DNA from: Lachnoclostridium sp. UBA3262
GTDB lineage: Bacteria > Bacillota > Clostridia > Lachnospirales > Lachnospiraceae
Direction: 5' to 3'
Assembly (NCBI GenBank): GCA_002362575.1
Contig: DEUM01000009.1
Span: forward strand, 43,639-107,638
Length of the DNA: 64,000 nt
Positions 49,610-60,820 of the stretch are shown one piece after another. A program made the translations under genes and the position numbers. Each line of letters begins with the position of its first letter. Position 1 is the stretch's first letter. The notes below the pieces were generated by a model. The model was not told where the DNA came from and did no database searches. It saw only the letters and a program-made list of their open reading frames with translations.

Positions 49610-50641
49610 ATGGGAAAGACAAAGAAAAAAGGAAAAGGAAGAATTGTAGCCAGAGTATTTTTTGTTCTAGGATTACTTTTGTCCATATCAATTGGCAGTT
49701 TTGCGGCAGCAGTTGTGCACAAGAGCGATAGTATGCTTGGACTCATGAACTACGATAATAAGAATACATTATCGGAAGTGGATATGTCTAAATATCAGCT
49801 CGACAGTGATACGGAGGTTGTCAATATTCTGTTAGTCGGTGCGGATAAAAACAATGATGAACAGGATAAAAAGGGCGTGGAGCGTCGTTCGGATTCGATG
49901 ATGATTGCCACCCTTGACATTAAGCACAGTAAATTGAAAGTGACATCGCTGATGAGGGACATGTATGTGGAAATTCCGGGACATGGGAAGAACAAACTGA
50001 ATGCCGCATATATGTTTGGTGGTATCAAGCTGTTGTATAAGACGATTGCAAATAACTTCAATGTAAAAATGGATGGTTATGCGGAAGTGAATTTTGACGC
50101 CTTTGTCAATGTGATTGACCAGATTGGCGGGGTTGAGGCGAACTTAACGGAATCCGAGGCAAAGCACTTGAACGCGACAAATTATATCAAGCGTAAAAAG
50201 TACCGGAACGTAAAAGTTGGAAAGCAGACGCTTAACGGTTATCAGGCACTTGGCTACTGCCGTATCCGGCATGGAAAGAAACAGCCGGACGGGCATTATC
50301 CGGGCGTATATACGGCGAGCGGCAAGGGAGATGATTATGGGCGTACGGAACGCCAGCGGTTGACGATTGCCGCTATATTGAAGAAGGTAAAAACATTGTC
50401 CATTAACGAGTGGATGGAGTTAGTGGAGATTGTCATGCCAAATGTCACAACTGATTTATCAAAGAAAAAAATATATTCTTATCTGATGGCAGTTGTCCAG
50501 ATGGGAACGACGGAGCTGCATCAGTTCAGCCTGCCAATACAGGGGGGATATTCGTCGCAGATGATAAATGGAGCAGACTGTCTTGTGCCGGATTTGGCAG
50601 CGAACAAGTCAGCGCTTAAAAAATTCATCTTCAAGAGTTGA
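49610..50641 (+). CDS. LCP (LytR-CpsA-Psr) family protein
   Basis: N-terminal TM; NILLVG.D, RSDSMM, SLMRD, KLNAAY, YCRIR and GRTERQR motifs. Confidence 0.9.
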   Translation: MGKTKKKGKGRIVARVFFVLGLLLSISIGSFAAAVVHKSDSMLGLMNYDNKNTLSEVDMSKYQLDSDTEVVNILLVGADKNNDEQDKKGVERRSDSMMIATLDIKHSKLKVTSLMRDMYVEIPGHGKNKLNAAYMFGGIKLLYKTIANNFNVKMDGYAEVNFDAFVNVIDQIGGVEANLTESEAKHLNATNYIKRKKYRNVKVGKQTLNGYQALGYCRIRHGKKQPDGHYPGVYTASGKGDDYGRTERQRLTIAAILKKVKTLSINEWMELVEIVMPNVTTDLSKKKIYSYLMAVVQMGTTELHQFSLPIQGGYSSQMINGADCLVPDLAANKSALKKFIFKS

Positions 50642-50666
50642 CAATGAGGATTGATGTTGCTAAAAT
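50638..50666 (+). promoter_or_regulatory. SigA promoter of ilvN-ilvC
   Basis: TTGACA-17-TAAAAT with a TG extension. Confidence 0.6.
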
Positions 50667-50719
50667 GAAAACAACGTTTTTAGGAATGATTTCTATGATT
50701 ATAAAGGGGGAAAGGACTC

Positions 50720-51223
50720 ATGAGTAAAGTAGTTCTATCCATATTAGTAAATAATACCTCTGGTGTGTTAAGCCGTGTGGCTGGTCTGTTCAGCCGTCGA
50801 GGTTACAATATCGACAGCCTGACGGTAGGAGAAACCGAAAATTCGGCATTTTCGCGAATGACCGTATCCGTCACAGGGGATGACATTATTTTAGAGCAGA
50901 TAGAGAAACAGGTAAATAAACTGGAGGATGTAAAATCCGTAAAACAGTTGACAGGAGAGGCCTCGGTATGCCGTGAGTTGATTCTTGTCAAGGTGGAGGC
51001 GAAGAGGGAGGACCGCCCGGCTATCAATGCTATAGTAGAAATATTCCGCGCAAAGATAGTGGATGTGGCGGATACTTCGATGATGATTGAGCTGACGGGA
51101 AATCAGGCGAAGCTGGACGCTTTTATAAAGCTGATTGAGGGCTATGAAATTAAGGAGCTGGTGCGTACCGGAATCTCCGGCCTTGCAAGAGGATTTCATG
51201 ACGAGGAGACAGCAAATAATTGA
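50720..51223 (+). CDS. ilvN: Acetolactate synthase small subunit
   Basis: LVNNTSGVLSRVAGLFSRRGYNIDSL and ELVRTG motifs. Confidence 0.95.
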   Translation: MSKVVLSILVNNTSGVLSRVAGLFSRRGYNIDSLTVGETENSAFSRMTVSVTGDDIILEQIEKQVNKLEDVKSVKQLTGEASVCRELILVKVEAKREDRPAINAIVEIFRAKIVDVADTSMMIELTGNQAKLDAFIKLIEGYEIKELVRTGISGLARGFHDEETANN

Positions 51224-51274
51224 AAACCACCCACGGGTATTTCCCGGAGAGGCTTTAAATACAAAATAAAATAG

Positions 51275-52309
<1,035 letters not shown>

Positions 52310-52330
52310 TTTGTAAAACGATTTCATTGG

Positions 52331-52386
52331 GGGACTGTTGCTTTAGCAGAAAGGATGATGTTTCTGCTATAAGCGGCAGTCCTTTT
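52331..52386 (+). terminator. Long hairpin terminator after ilvC
   Basis: ggactgttgctt pairs with aagcggcagtcc; inner agcagaaa pairs with tttctgct; followed by tttt. Confidence 0.65.
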
Positions 52387-52411
52387 ACAATAATACAGAG
52401 GTTTAAAGAGC

Positions 52412-53206
52412 ATGATTAAATTGATTGTTTCCGATATTGACGGAACATTAGTGGGAGACGGACAGGGGGAGGGTGCGTTAAACCCGGAATACTATAAGGT
52501 GGTTCATGAACTTTCAGAAAGAGGGATTAAGTTTATGGCTTGCAGCGGCAGGCAGCGGCTGAGCATTGCCAAGCTGTTCCGCCCGGTTGAAGATGAAATC
52601 TATTATGCCTGTGACGGTGGAAGCATGGTCTTTGATTCGGAGAAGCTATTGTTTGCAAAGGTTCTGGATCGAGAGACGGCAAACGGGATTATACGGGACG
52701 CCGCTGAAATACCACAGTGCGATATTATGGTATGCGGCACGAAACGGGCTTACTGCCGGAGTGAAGACAGCGAACTGTACCGCTGGATGGTAAATGGCTA
52801 TGGATATGATATACAGGCTGTTGGGAGTCTTATAGATAATGTGGAAGATGATATTGTGAAGGTGTCCATCTATCATCACGATAAAGCGGAGGAACTGACG
52901 AATCCATGGTTTCGCCCTAAATGGCAGGATAAGGTAAAGCTGACACTGGCCGGAATACAGTGGCTGGACTGTGTGCCGCCGGAGGCAGGGAAGGGTTCTG
53001 CCGTTTCTTTTATGCAGAAAAAATTTCATATCCGGGCAGAAGAGACCATCGTTTTTGGCGATAACCAGAATGATATAGAGATGTTTTCGCTGGCGGGAAA
53101 AAGTTATGCTGTTTCCAATTCGAGAGAGGAAGTAAGGCAGGCGGCAAGCCATGTGTGTGATAGTTATATGAAAGATGGTGTGTTAAAAGTCTTGCAAAAT
53201 ATATAG
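52412..53206 (+). CDS. Cof-type HAD hydrolase
   Basis: SDIDGTL, CSGR, GKG, FGDNQNDIEM and AVSN motifs. Confidence 0.9.
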   Translation: MIKLIVSDIDGTLVGDGQGEGALNPEYYKVVHELSERGIKFMACSGRQRLSIAKLFRPVEDEIYYACDGGSMVFDSEKLLFAKVLDRETANGIIRDAAEIPQCDIMVCGTKRAYCRSEDSELYRWMVNGYGYDIQAVGSLIDNVEDDIVKVSIYHHDKAEELTNPWFRPKWQDKVKLTLAGIQWLDCVPPEAGKGSAVSFMQKKFHIRAEETIVFGDNQNDIEMFSLAGKSYAVSNSREEVRQAASHVCDSYMKDGVLKVLQNI

Positions 53207-53364
53207 AAATATGCTATCATGACAAAATGTGACAAATATTAACGAATGATAAAAATTTTAAGAATTATTTTGTTCTAAAACGGAATATGTCCTCATATAT
53301 ATACTTATGTATAGAAGAAGTCTGACTATTTATCAGACGAATAAACAAAGGGGGTCATATTTCA

Positions 53365-54075
53365 ATGACAGATAAGATTTTAGGAAACAATCAGGTTAAT
53401 ATTTATGGTGAAGTGGTAAGTGAGTTTACTTACAGCCACGAGGTATACGGCGAAGGATTTTATATGGTTCAGCTTTCTGTAAAGCGGCTGAGCAGGGTTT
53501 ATGATAATATTCCGCTTATGATTTCCGAGCGTTTAGTAGATGTAACCAAGGATTATAGAGGTTGTTTTATGGAGGCGAGTGGACAGTTCCGCTCTTATAA
53601 CCGCCATGAAGCGAACCATAACCGATTGGTGTTATCGGTGTTTGTCAGAGATTTACATATTGATGAGACGGAGCAGGACAGTGAAAAGCCAAACTACATT
53701 TTCTTAGATGGGTATTTGTGCAAACCGCCTGTTTATCGTAAAACTCCGCTGGGACGCGAAATTGCAGATCTTTTGATGGCAGTAAACCGTCCGTACGGAA
53801 AGTCAGATTATATTCCTTGTATATGCTGGGGGAGAAATGCCAGATATGCAGATGGTTTTGAGGTAGGGGAACACGTGCAGCTCTGGGGAAGGATTCAGAG
53901 TCGCGAATATCAAAAACAGATAGCCGAGGAACAGTATGAGACGAGAGTGGCATATGAAATCTCGGTAAGCAAGCTGGAATGTGTAGAAGACAGCAGCGAA
54001 ATCATAGCAGCTTCGGAAATTCCAGAGGAATCGTCAGAGGAACCGATGGAGAATCATATTAATACTATGCTATAA
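53365..54075 (+). CDS. Single-stranded DNA-binding protein-like, two OB folds
   Basis: FTYSHEVYGEGFY, GQFRSYN, YRKTPLGREIADL, SDYIPCICWGRNA and GRIQSREY motifs. Confidence 0.8.
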   Translation: MTDKILGNNQVNIYGEVVSEFTYSHEVYGEGFYMVQLSVKRLSRVYDNIPLMISERLVDVTKDYRGCFMEASGQFRSYNRHEANHNRLVLSVFVRDLHIDETEQDSEKPNYIFLDGYLCKPPVYRKTPLGREIADLLMAVNRPYGKSDYIPCICWGRNARYADGFEVGEHVQLWGRIQSREYQKQIAEEQYETRVAYEISVSKLECVEDSSEIIAASEIPEESSEEPMENHINTML

Positions 54076-54148
54076 TGTTCTCCGTATTTATATAAAGTGA
54101 TTTTACGGATATTTTACAGATAAGATATCGAGAAAGGAATTACACAAA

Positions 54149-54643
54149 ATGAATACACGGATTGTGCAGGCGTTTTACGGTCAGGGCAAGGGAAAAACTT
54201 CAGCGGCTGTGGGGCAGGCATTGAGAGAAGCAGGACAGGGACAGCATATTACCATTATTCAGTTTCTGAAAGGAAAGGTAGCAGACGAATTTCAAATTTT
54301 AACGCAGTTAGAGCCGGATGTGCAGATTTTCCGCTTTGACCAGTCAGCAGTCAATTACTGTGAACTGTCAATTCAGGAGAAGGAAAAAGAGAAGCAGAAT
54401 ATCCTGAATGGGTTTAATTTTGCCAAGAAGGTAATTGAAACCGGAGAAAGTGATATTATTATTCTGGACGAATTGCTGGGGCTCGTAGATTTAGGCATCA
54501 TCCATATCAATGATGTGATTGAGCTGCTTCAGTCAGAGGGTGATTACAAAAAACTGTATATCACAGGCAATAATCTGGCTGAGCCTTTAGTTCCATACAT
54601 AGATGTCATTTGTGAAATTTCATTACAAAAAGATAACACTTGA
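54149..54643 (+). CDS. CobO/BtuR-type corrinoid adenosyltransferase-like protein (short form)
   Basis: GQGKGKTSAAVG, IIQFLKG and IILDEL motifs. Confidence 0.7.
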   Translation: MNTRIVQAFYGQGKGKTSAAVGQALREAGQGQHITIIQFLKGKVADEFQILTQLEPDVQIFRFDQSAVNYCELSIQEKEKEKQNILNGFNFAKKVIETGESDIIILDELLGLVDLGIIHINDVIELLQSEGDYKKLYITGNNLAEPLVPYIDVICEISLQKDNT

Positions 54644-54668
54644 CCTTTTAATATGAGAGTGTTATCCT
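54640..54668 (+). promoter_or_regulatory. SigA-like promoter upstream of the lysine riboswitch
   Basis: TTGACC-17-TATCCT. Confidence 0.45.
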
Positions 54669-54671
54669 AAA

Positions 54672-54845
54672 ATATGAAGGTAGAGGTGCGGACTTTATCA
54701 GTAAGATGCCAGACATAGTCAGGTATGGGGGAAGGTCTCTGAAAGGAAAGTCTGCCGAAGATAGGAAACCCCTGATGTTTTTCTGTCTGGGCATATAGTG
54801 AAGAACTATATGACTGTCATCTGTAAGATGGAGTGCTACTCATAT
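54672..54845 (+). ncRNA. Lysine riboswitch (L-box)
   Basis: AGAGGTGC...AGTA...GAAAGG...GCCGAA...CTGTCA...GGAGTGCT; P1 atatga..gtag pairs with ctac.tcatat; lies directly upstream of dapA. Confidence 0.9.
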
Positions 54846-54913
54846 GATTGAGCTTATAGAAGGAGTTGGCGCTATGCCGGCTCCTCTTTATTTTAGCGGA
54901 AAGGATGGAAAAT

Positions 54914-55804
54914 ATGTCAATATTTACAGGAGCGGGTGTGGCTCTTATTACACCAATGAACGAGGATGGCAGTGTAAACTATAGCAAGCTGGAGGAAATT
55001 ATTGAATTTCAGATTGCAAACCATACGGATGCAATTATTATCTGTGGGACAACAGGAGAGGCGTCAACTTTATCGGAGGAGGAACATCTGGAATGTATCC
55101 GTTATACCTGCGAGGTAGCAAAAAAGAGAATTCCTGTGATTGCCGGAACAGGTTCCAATTGTACAGAAGCGGCGGCCTATCTTTCTGAGGAGGCAGAAAA
55201 AGGCGGTGCAGACGGTCTTTTACTGGTAACGCCGTATTATAATAAAGCAACACAGAACGGATTGAAGGTTCATTTTAAGAAAATATTAGAAAATGTAAAG
55301 ATTCCGGCGCTGCTTTATAATATACCGGGACGAACCGGAACAAAAATTTTGCCACAGACATTAATGGATATGTGGAAAGAGATACCGAATGTAGTCGGAG
55401 TAAAGGACGCAACCGGGGATATTTCTGAGGTGGCAGAGGTGATGAATCTTTCAGACGGAAAGATAGATTTGTATTCCGGAAACGATGACCAGATTACGCC
55501 AGTTCTCTCTCTTGGTGGAAAGGGTGTTATCTCGGTTCTCTCCAACATTTTGCCACAGGAGACGCATGATATCGTTGCCTCCTACATGGATGGAGATGTA
55601 GTTCGGAGCAGAGAACTGCAGTTGAAGTATTTGAATCTGATTAAAGCTTTATTCTGTGAGGTAAATCCGATTCCAGTAAAGAAGGCGATGAACCTGATGG
55701 GAATGAATGTGGGCAGTCTGCGTCTGCCGTTGACGGAGATGGAGGAAGCAAATGCCAAAAATTTGGCAGAGCAGATGAAATTGGCAGGTATTACATTAAA
55801 ATAA
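54914..55804 (+). CDS. dapA: 4-hydroxy-tetrahydrodipicolinate synthase
   Basis: ALITP, CGTTGEA, IAGTG, PYYNK, YNIPGRTG, GVKDA, SGND and NPIPVK motifs. Confidence 0.97.
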   Translation: MSIFTGAGVALITPMNEDGSVNYSKLEEIIEFQIANHTDAIIICGTTGEASTLSEEEHLECIRYTCEVAKKRIPVIAGTGSNCTEAAAYLSEEAEKGGADGLLLVTPYYNKATQNGLKVHFKKILENVKIPALLYNIPGRTGTKILPQTLMDMWKEIPNVVGVKDATGDISEVAEVMNLSDGKIDLYSGNDDQITPVLSLGGKGVISVLSNILPQETHDIVASYMDGDVVRSRELQLKYLNLIKALFCEVNPIPVKKAMNLMGMNVGSLRLPLTEMEEANAKNLAEQMKLAGITLK

Positions 55805-55830
55805 TGTGTATTACAGACTAGGAGGAAAAG

Positions 55831-56592
55831 ATGACCAGAATTATTATGAGCGGATGCAACGGCATGATGGGAAGGACAATTACCAATATTGTAAAAGAGG
55901 ATGCAGAGGCAGAAATTGTGGCGGGCATTGATTTAGTGGACAATGGGGAAAATTCATACCCGGTATTTAAAAGTATTACAGATTGTACTGTGGAGGGGGA
56001 TGTTGTCATTGATTTTTCTACGCCAAAAGTCCTCGACAAGCTGTTAGCGTATGGAGAGAAAAATAATGTACCGCTTGTTTTATGCGCAACCGGATACAGT
56101 GAGGAACAGCTGGCAGAGATTGAAGCGGCGTCTGAGAAGGTTGCTGTGCTGAAATCGGCAAATATGTCACTTGGAATCAATACCTTGCTGAAGCTCGTTC
56201 AGGATGCAGCCAAAGTGTTAGCGGCCGAGGGGTTTGATGTAGAGATTGTGGAGAAACACCATAATCAGAAGCTGGATGCTCCTTCCGGGACAGCATTGGC
56301 GTTGGCAGATTCTGTCAATGAGGCAATGGGAAACCAGTACGAATATATATATGACCGTTCCCAGAGACGGGAAAAAAGAGATAAGAAAGAATTGGGAATC
56401 TCTGCTGTGCGTGGCGGTACGATTGTCGGCGACCATGATGTGATTTTCGCCGGTACGGACGAGGTTATTACCTTTTCCCATATGGCGTACAGCAAGGCGG
56501 TATTTGGAAAAGGTGCGGTATCAGCGGCGAAGTTCCTGAAAGGGAAAGAAGCTGGACGCTATGAAATGGCAGATGTGATTGCGGCAAATTAA
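55831..56592 (+). CDS. dapB: 4-hydroxy-tetrahydrodipicolinate reductase
   Basis: GCNGMMG, IDFS, SANMSLG, EKHHNQKLDAPSGTA and RGGTIVGDH motifs. Confidence 0.97.
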   Translation: MTRIIMSGCNGMMGRTITNIVKEDAEAEIVAGIDLVDNGENSYPVFKSITDCTVEGDVVIDFSTPKVLDKLLAYGEKNNVPLVLCATGYSEEQLAEIEAASEKVAVLKSANMSLGINTLLKLVQDAAKVLAAEGFDVEIVEKHHNQKLDAPSGTALALADSVNEAMGNQYEYIYDRSQRREKRDKKELGISAVRGGTIVGDHDVIFAGTDEVITFSHMAYSKAVFGKGAVSAAKFLKGKEAGRYEMADVIAAN

Positions 56593-56604
56593 AATGGAGA
56601 TAGT

Positions 56605-58023
56605 ATGAAACCGATTAAAATAAAAAATATTGCAGAGGCAGTGTCCGGTACTCTGGTATGGGGTGACGGAGAGGCAGAAGTCACAAGTGTTGTGACCGAT
56701 TCGAGAGAAGCAGGGGCGGGGGTGCTGTTCGTTCCTATTATTGGAGAGAGAGTAGATGCGCACCGTTTTATACCTGAGGTGCTTGAAAAGGGAGCTGCCT
56801 GTGTATTTTCGTCGCAGGCGGCAGACACAGAAGCGTACTCCCATGACGCTAAGGGAGCGTGCATTTATGTAAAGGATACGCTCCGTGCCTTGCAGGATTT
56901 TGCAGGCTGGTACCGGGCGCAGTTTGCCCTTCCGGTGATTGGCATTACGGGAAGTGTAGGAAAGACGACGACAAAGGAAATGATTGGAGCGGTTCTGGAG
57001 AGGAAATACGAGACGCTGAAAACGATTCGGAACCTGAACAGCCAGATCGGAGTCGCCCTGATGATGTTTCATCTGGAGGAAACGACGGAAATGGCAGTAT
57101 TTGAAATGGGAATCAGTATGCCGGGGGAGATGGACCGGCTGGTAGAAATAGCGAAGCCATCGACTGCTGTTATGACAAATATTGGTGTATCTCACATTGG
57201 GAACCTTGGCTCAAGGGAAAATATATGTGCAGAAAAGGGAAAGATTCTGATGCGGTTTGGTAAAGACGGAAGGCTGTATGTTTGCGGAAATGGGGATTTA
57301 AAGGAGCTTTCCAAAGCCAATATTCCTTATGGGAAGTGTCAGGGAAATTGTGAGACGATTTATTACGGAACAGAAAAGGATTGTCTATATTACGGGGATA
57401 ATATCCATACCGATGGGACAGGGCAGACATTTACCTTTCATTATCCGGAAGGCGAGGAAGACATAGAGCTGTCCGTTATGGGGGCTCACAATGTAAACAA
57501 TGCCATTGTTGCACTTGCTCTCGCCCTGCAGTACGATGTTCCACTTTCCGAGGCAAAAAAGGCGTTAAAAGCATATCAGCCGATTGCCATGCGGGGCGTG
57601 GTAAAGGAAGTGGCAGGAGTCCACATCATTGATGACACATATAATGCCAGCCCGGATTCGGTAAATAGCAATCTGGATGCGTTATTTGACTATAGTGGGA
57701 AGGGAAAGAAGGTTGCCGTACTGGCCGACGTGCTGGAACTGGGCGAGCGTTCCCGCGAACTTCATGAGGAAATGGGAGCCTTCATTCTTGCAGAGATGGA
57801 GAAGGGGAAAAAACTTTCTCTTCTTGTTACCGTAGGAGAAATGGCAGAGTACATAAGCCGCTATGTAGCGAACCGCACGGATATTCCGGTTATCCATTGC
57901 AGGGATAATAAAGCGGCAGCGGAGGCGGTCAGAAAACATATGACAGCCGGGGACTGGATACTCGTGAAGGGTTCCCGCGGCATGCACATGGATGAAGTGG
58001 TAGAGCAATTGACAAAGGAGTGA
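56605..58023 (+). CDS. murF: UDP-N-acetylmuramoyl-tripeptide--D-Ala-D-Ala ligase
   Basis: TDSR, GITGSVGKTTTKEM, EMG, TNIG.SH, DDTYNASPDS and LVKGSRGM motifs. Confidence 0.93.
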   Translation: MKPIKIKNIAEAVSGTLVWGDGEAEVTSVVTDSREAGAGVLFVPIIGERVDAHRFIPEVLEKGAACVFSSQAADTEAYSHDAKGACIYVKDTLRALQDFAGWYRAQFALPVIGITGSVGKTTTKEMIGAVLERKYETLKTIRNLNSQIGVALMMFHLEETTEMAVFEMGISMPGEMDRLVEIAKPSTAVMTNIGVSHIGNLGSRENICAEKGKILMRFGKDGRLYVCGNGDLKELSKANIPYGKCQGNCETIYYGTEKDCLYYGDNIHTDGTGQTFTFHYPEGEEDIELSVMGAHNVNNAIVALALALQYDVPLSEAKKALKAYQPIAMRGVVKEVAGVHIIDDTYNASPDSVNSNLDALFDYSGKGKKVAVLADVLELGERSRELHEEMGAFILAEMEKGKKLSLLVTVGEMAEYISRYVANRTDIPVIHCRDNKAAAEAVRKHMTAGDWILVKGSRGMHMDEVVEQLTKE

Positions 58024-60284
58024 CAGACAGGGTGTTTGCGGATGTGATTGTAGATATTTCAGTGGATGCCCTTGACAGGACATTCCAATACAAGATTCCA
58101 GAGCCGATGAGGGATTCCGTATCGGTCGGTACGCGTGTGACGATTCCCTTTGGCAGGGGAAACCGGAGGATGTCCGGTTTTGTCATAGGAATTTCAGATA
58201 CGCCGCTGTGGCCGGTAGAGAAGATGAAGGAATTGCTCACTGTGGAGGAAAAAGAGCTCCCGGTGGAGGGGCAGCTCATTAAGCTGGCGGCGTGGATTCA
58301 TGAGCGTTATGGAGCGACAATGAATGAGGCACTGAAGACGGTGCTGCCAATAAAAAAACAGGTTAAGTCAGTGGAGGAGCACTGGCTTAATTTTGTCGTT
58401 TCGGAAGCTGAGGCAAGGAGGGAACTGGATAAATGCCGGCTGAAGCATTTTAAGGCAAAGGCAAGGCTCTTGCAGGGAATGTTGGAAGAAGGCGGGGAGA
58501 TGACGGCACAGACTGCCGCCAAAAAGTACGGGGTTACAAAATCAGTGATTGACGGTATGGTGAAGAATAAAATTATTTCCGTGACAGATAAACGCCGTTA
58601 CCGGAATCCGATACAGCAGACACCGGACAAGACGGAAAATAATCCTGTCATTTGTCTGAATCAGGAACAGCAGGGGATTGTCGATGATTTCTCAGAGGAA
58701 TACGGGCAGGGAATCCGGCGTACCTATTTGCTATACGGAGTAACGGGAAGCGGCAAGACAGAAGTATATATGGAAATGATACAGCAGACACTAAGACAGG
58801 GGAAACAGGTTATTGTACTGATTCCTGAAATTGCTCTTACTTATCAGACTGTAAAACGGTTTCAAGGCCGTTTTGGTGACCGGGTGTCTATATTGAATTC
58901 CCGTATGTCGGACGGGGAGCGCTATGACCAGTATGAACGCGCCAAAAAGGACGAAATAGATATAATAGTAGGGCCCCGCTCTGCTTTATTTATTCCGTTT
59001 TCTGCATTGGGACTGATTATAATGGATGAGGAGCATGAGACAAGTTATAAGAGTGAAAATCCACCGAAGTACCATGCGAGGGAGGTTGCCATACAGAGGG
59101 CGAAAATGTCGGGGGCCAGTGTGGTGCTCGGTTCCGCAACCCCTTCGGTGGAGAGCTATTATGCGGCAGAACAGGGGGAATATAAGCTGTACCGCATGGA
59201 AAAGAGGGCTGGGGAGGCTGTATTTCCGACTGTGCACACGGTGGATTTGCGGAATGAGTTAAAAGAGGGAAACCGTTCAGTATTCAGCCGTCTGTTACAG
59301 GAAAAGATAGAGGAGCGGCTGCGACGGGGAGAGCAGACCATCCTTTTTCTGAACCGTCGTGGTTATGCTGGGTTTGTTTCTTGCCGTAGCTGTGGTTATG
59401 TGTTAAAATGTCCTCATTGTGAGGTTTCCATGACAGCACATAAAAACCACGTAGGTGATGTGGATACGCTTGTCTGCCATTACTGCGGGCACAGCGTGTA
59501 TATGCCGGAAAAATGTCCAGAGTGTGGTTCTCCGTATATCGCTTCATTCGGACTTGGAACGCAGAAGGTAGAAGATATGCTGCACCGCCGTTTCCCGCAG
59601 GCACAGGTGCTTCGGATGGATGGAGATACAACGACGGGAAAAAATGGGCATGAGTCAATATTAAAACGTTTCCGGGAAGGAGAGGCGGATATCCTGCTTG
59701 GCACACAGATGATAGTAAAGGGCCATGATTTCCCGAATGTCACACTAGTTGCCGCGCTGGCAGCGGACCTCAGTATGTATGCCGGAGACTACCGGAGCAG
59801 TGAGAGGACATTCCAGCTTCTGATGCAGGCGAGCGGGCGTGCCGGACGTGGCGTAAAGCAGGGAGAAATGGTAATTCAGACATACAATCCCGAGCAGTAT
59901 TGTGTGGAGGCAGTCAAAAATCAGCAGGCAGAGTTTTTTTATAAAAATGAACTGGCATATCGCAGGCTTTCCTCGTATCCTCCCTTTTCATCCATGCTTG
60001 CCATACTGGTTCTGTCGGAGGAGAAGAATAAGGCAGAGGAATGTATCCGGAATCTGGCAGACAGTGTTACCTGCATGAGAGACGGAGGCGTTGTGGTGAT
60101 AGGGCCATCTGAGGCGGGATTGAGCCGGGCGAGAGACCGTTACCGGTATATTTTATATATAAAATGTACCGAGGAGGATACCATACAGAAAGTAAAAAAC
60201 AATATCGAGAAGATTAGCCGGAATCCAAAATGGGAAAAATGCTGTAGTGTACAGTATGATTTGAATCCATTATCCGGTTATTGA
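58020..60284 (+). CDS. priA: Primosomal protein N'
   Basis: GVTGSGKTEVY, VLIPEIALT, DEEHE, GSATPS, LNRRGY, two Zn-binding Cys clusters, GTQMIVKG and QASGRAGR motifs. Confidence 0.97.
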   Translation: MTDRVFADVIVDISVDALDRTFQYKIPEPMRDSVSVGTRVTIPFGRGNRRMSGFVIGISDTPLWPVEKMKELLTVEEKELPVEGQLIKLAAWIHERYGATMNEALKTVLPIKKQVKSVEEHWLNFVVSEAEARRELDKCRLKHFKAKARLLQGMLEEGGEMTAQTAAKKYGVTKSVIDGMVKNKIISVTDKRRYRNPIQQTPDKTENNPVICLNQEQQGIVDDFSEEYGQGIRRTYLLYGVTGSGKTEVYMEMIQQTLRQGKQVIVLIPEIALTYQTVKRFQGRFGDRVSILNSRMSDGERYDQYERAKKDEIDIIVGPRSALFIPFSALGLIIMDEEHETSYKSENPPKYHAREVAIQRAKMSGASVVLGSATPSVESYYAAEQGEYKLYRMEKRAGEAVFPTVHTVDLRNELKEGNRSVFSRLLQEKIEERLRRGEQTILFLNRRGYAGFVSCRSCGYVLKCPHCEVSMTAHKNHVGDVDTLVCHYCGHSVYMPEKCPECGSPYIASFGLGTQKVEDMLHRRFPQAQVLRMDGDTTTGKNGHESILKRFREGEADILLGTQMIVKGHDFPNVTLVAALAADLSMYAGDYRSSERTFQLLMQASGRAGRGVKQGEMVIQTYNPEQYCVEAVKNQQAEFFYKNELAYRRLSSYPPFSSMLAILVLSEEKNKAEECIRNLADSVTCMRDGGVVVIGPSEAGLSRARDRYRYILYIKCTEEDTIQKVKNNIEKISRNPKWEKCCSVQYDLNPLSGY

Positions 60285-60313
60285 TAAAAGCAGAAAAAAT
60301 GGAGGTTATAACA

Positions 60314-60799
60314 ATGGCAATAAGAAATATTCGCATTATGGGTGACGACATTTTGACGAAAAAATGCAAACCGGTAAAAGAGATGACAGAGAAGAACAGG
60401 GAACTGATACAGGATATGTTTGACACGATGTATGATGCGGACGGAGTCGGGCTTGCCGCTCCGCAGGTCGGAATTTTAAAACGAATCGCTGTCGTGGATA
60501 TCACAGAAGACCACAGCCAGCCGATTGTCATTATTAACCCGGAGATTGTTTATACAGAGGGAGAACAGCGGGGGAGCGAAGGGTGTCTGAGTGTGCCGGA
60601 CAAGGTCGGCATCGTGACAAGACCAAACTTTGTACGGATAAAGGCGCTGGATATGGATATGAATCCGATTGAGATAGAAGGGGAAGAACTGTTAGCGCGC
60701 GCCCTGATTCATGAGACGGAGCATTTGGATGGTATCCTTTATGTCAGCAAGGCGGAGGGAAGACTTTATGATGTAGAGGAGTTTCAGGATGAAGAATGA
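60314..60799 (+). CDS. def: Peptide deformylase
   Basis: GVGLAAPQVG, EGCLS and HETEH motifs. Confidence 0.95.
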   Translation: MAIRNIRIMGDDILTKKCKPVKEMTEKNRELIQDMFDTMYDADGVGLAAPQVGILKRIAVVDITEDHSQPIVIINPEIVYTEGEQRGSEGCLSVPDKVGIVTRPNFVRIKALDMDMNPIEIEGEELLARALIHETEHLDGILYVSKAEGRLYDVEEFQDEE

Positions 60800-60820
60800 T
60801 GTCCGGAAGGGAGGAATAGC

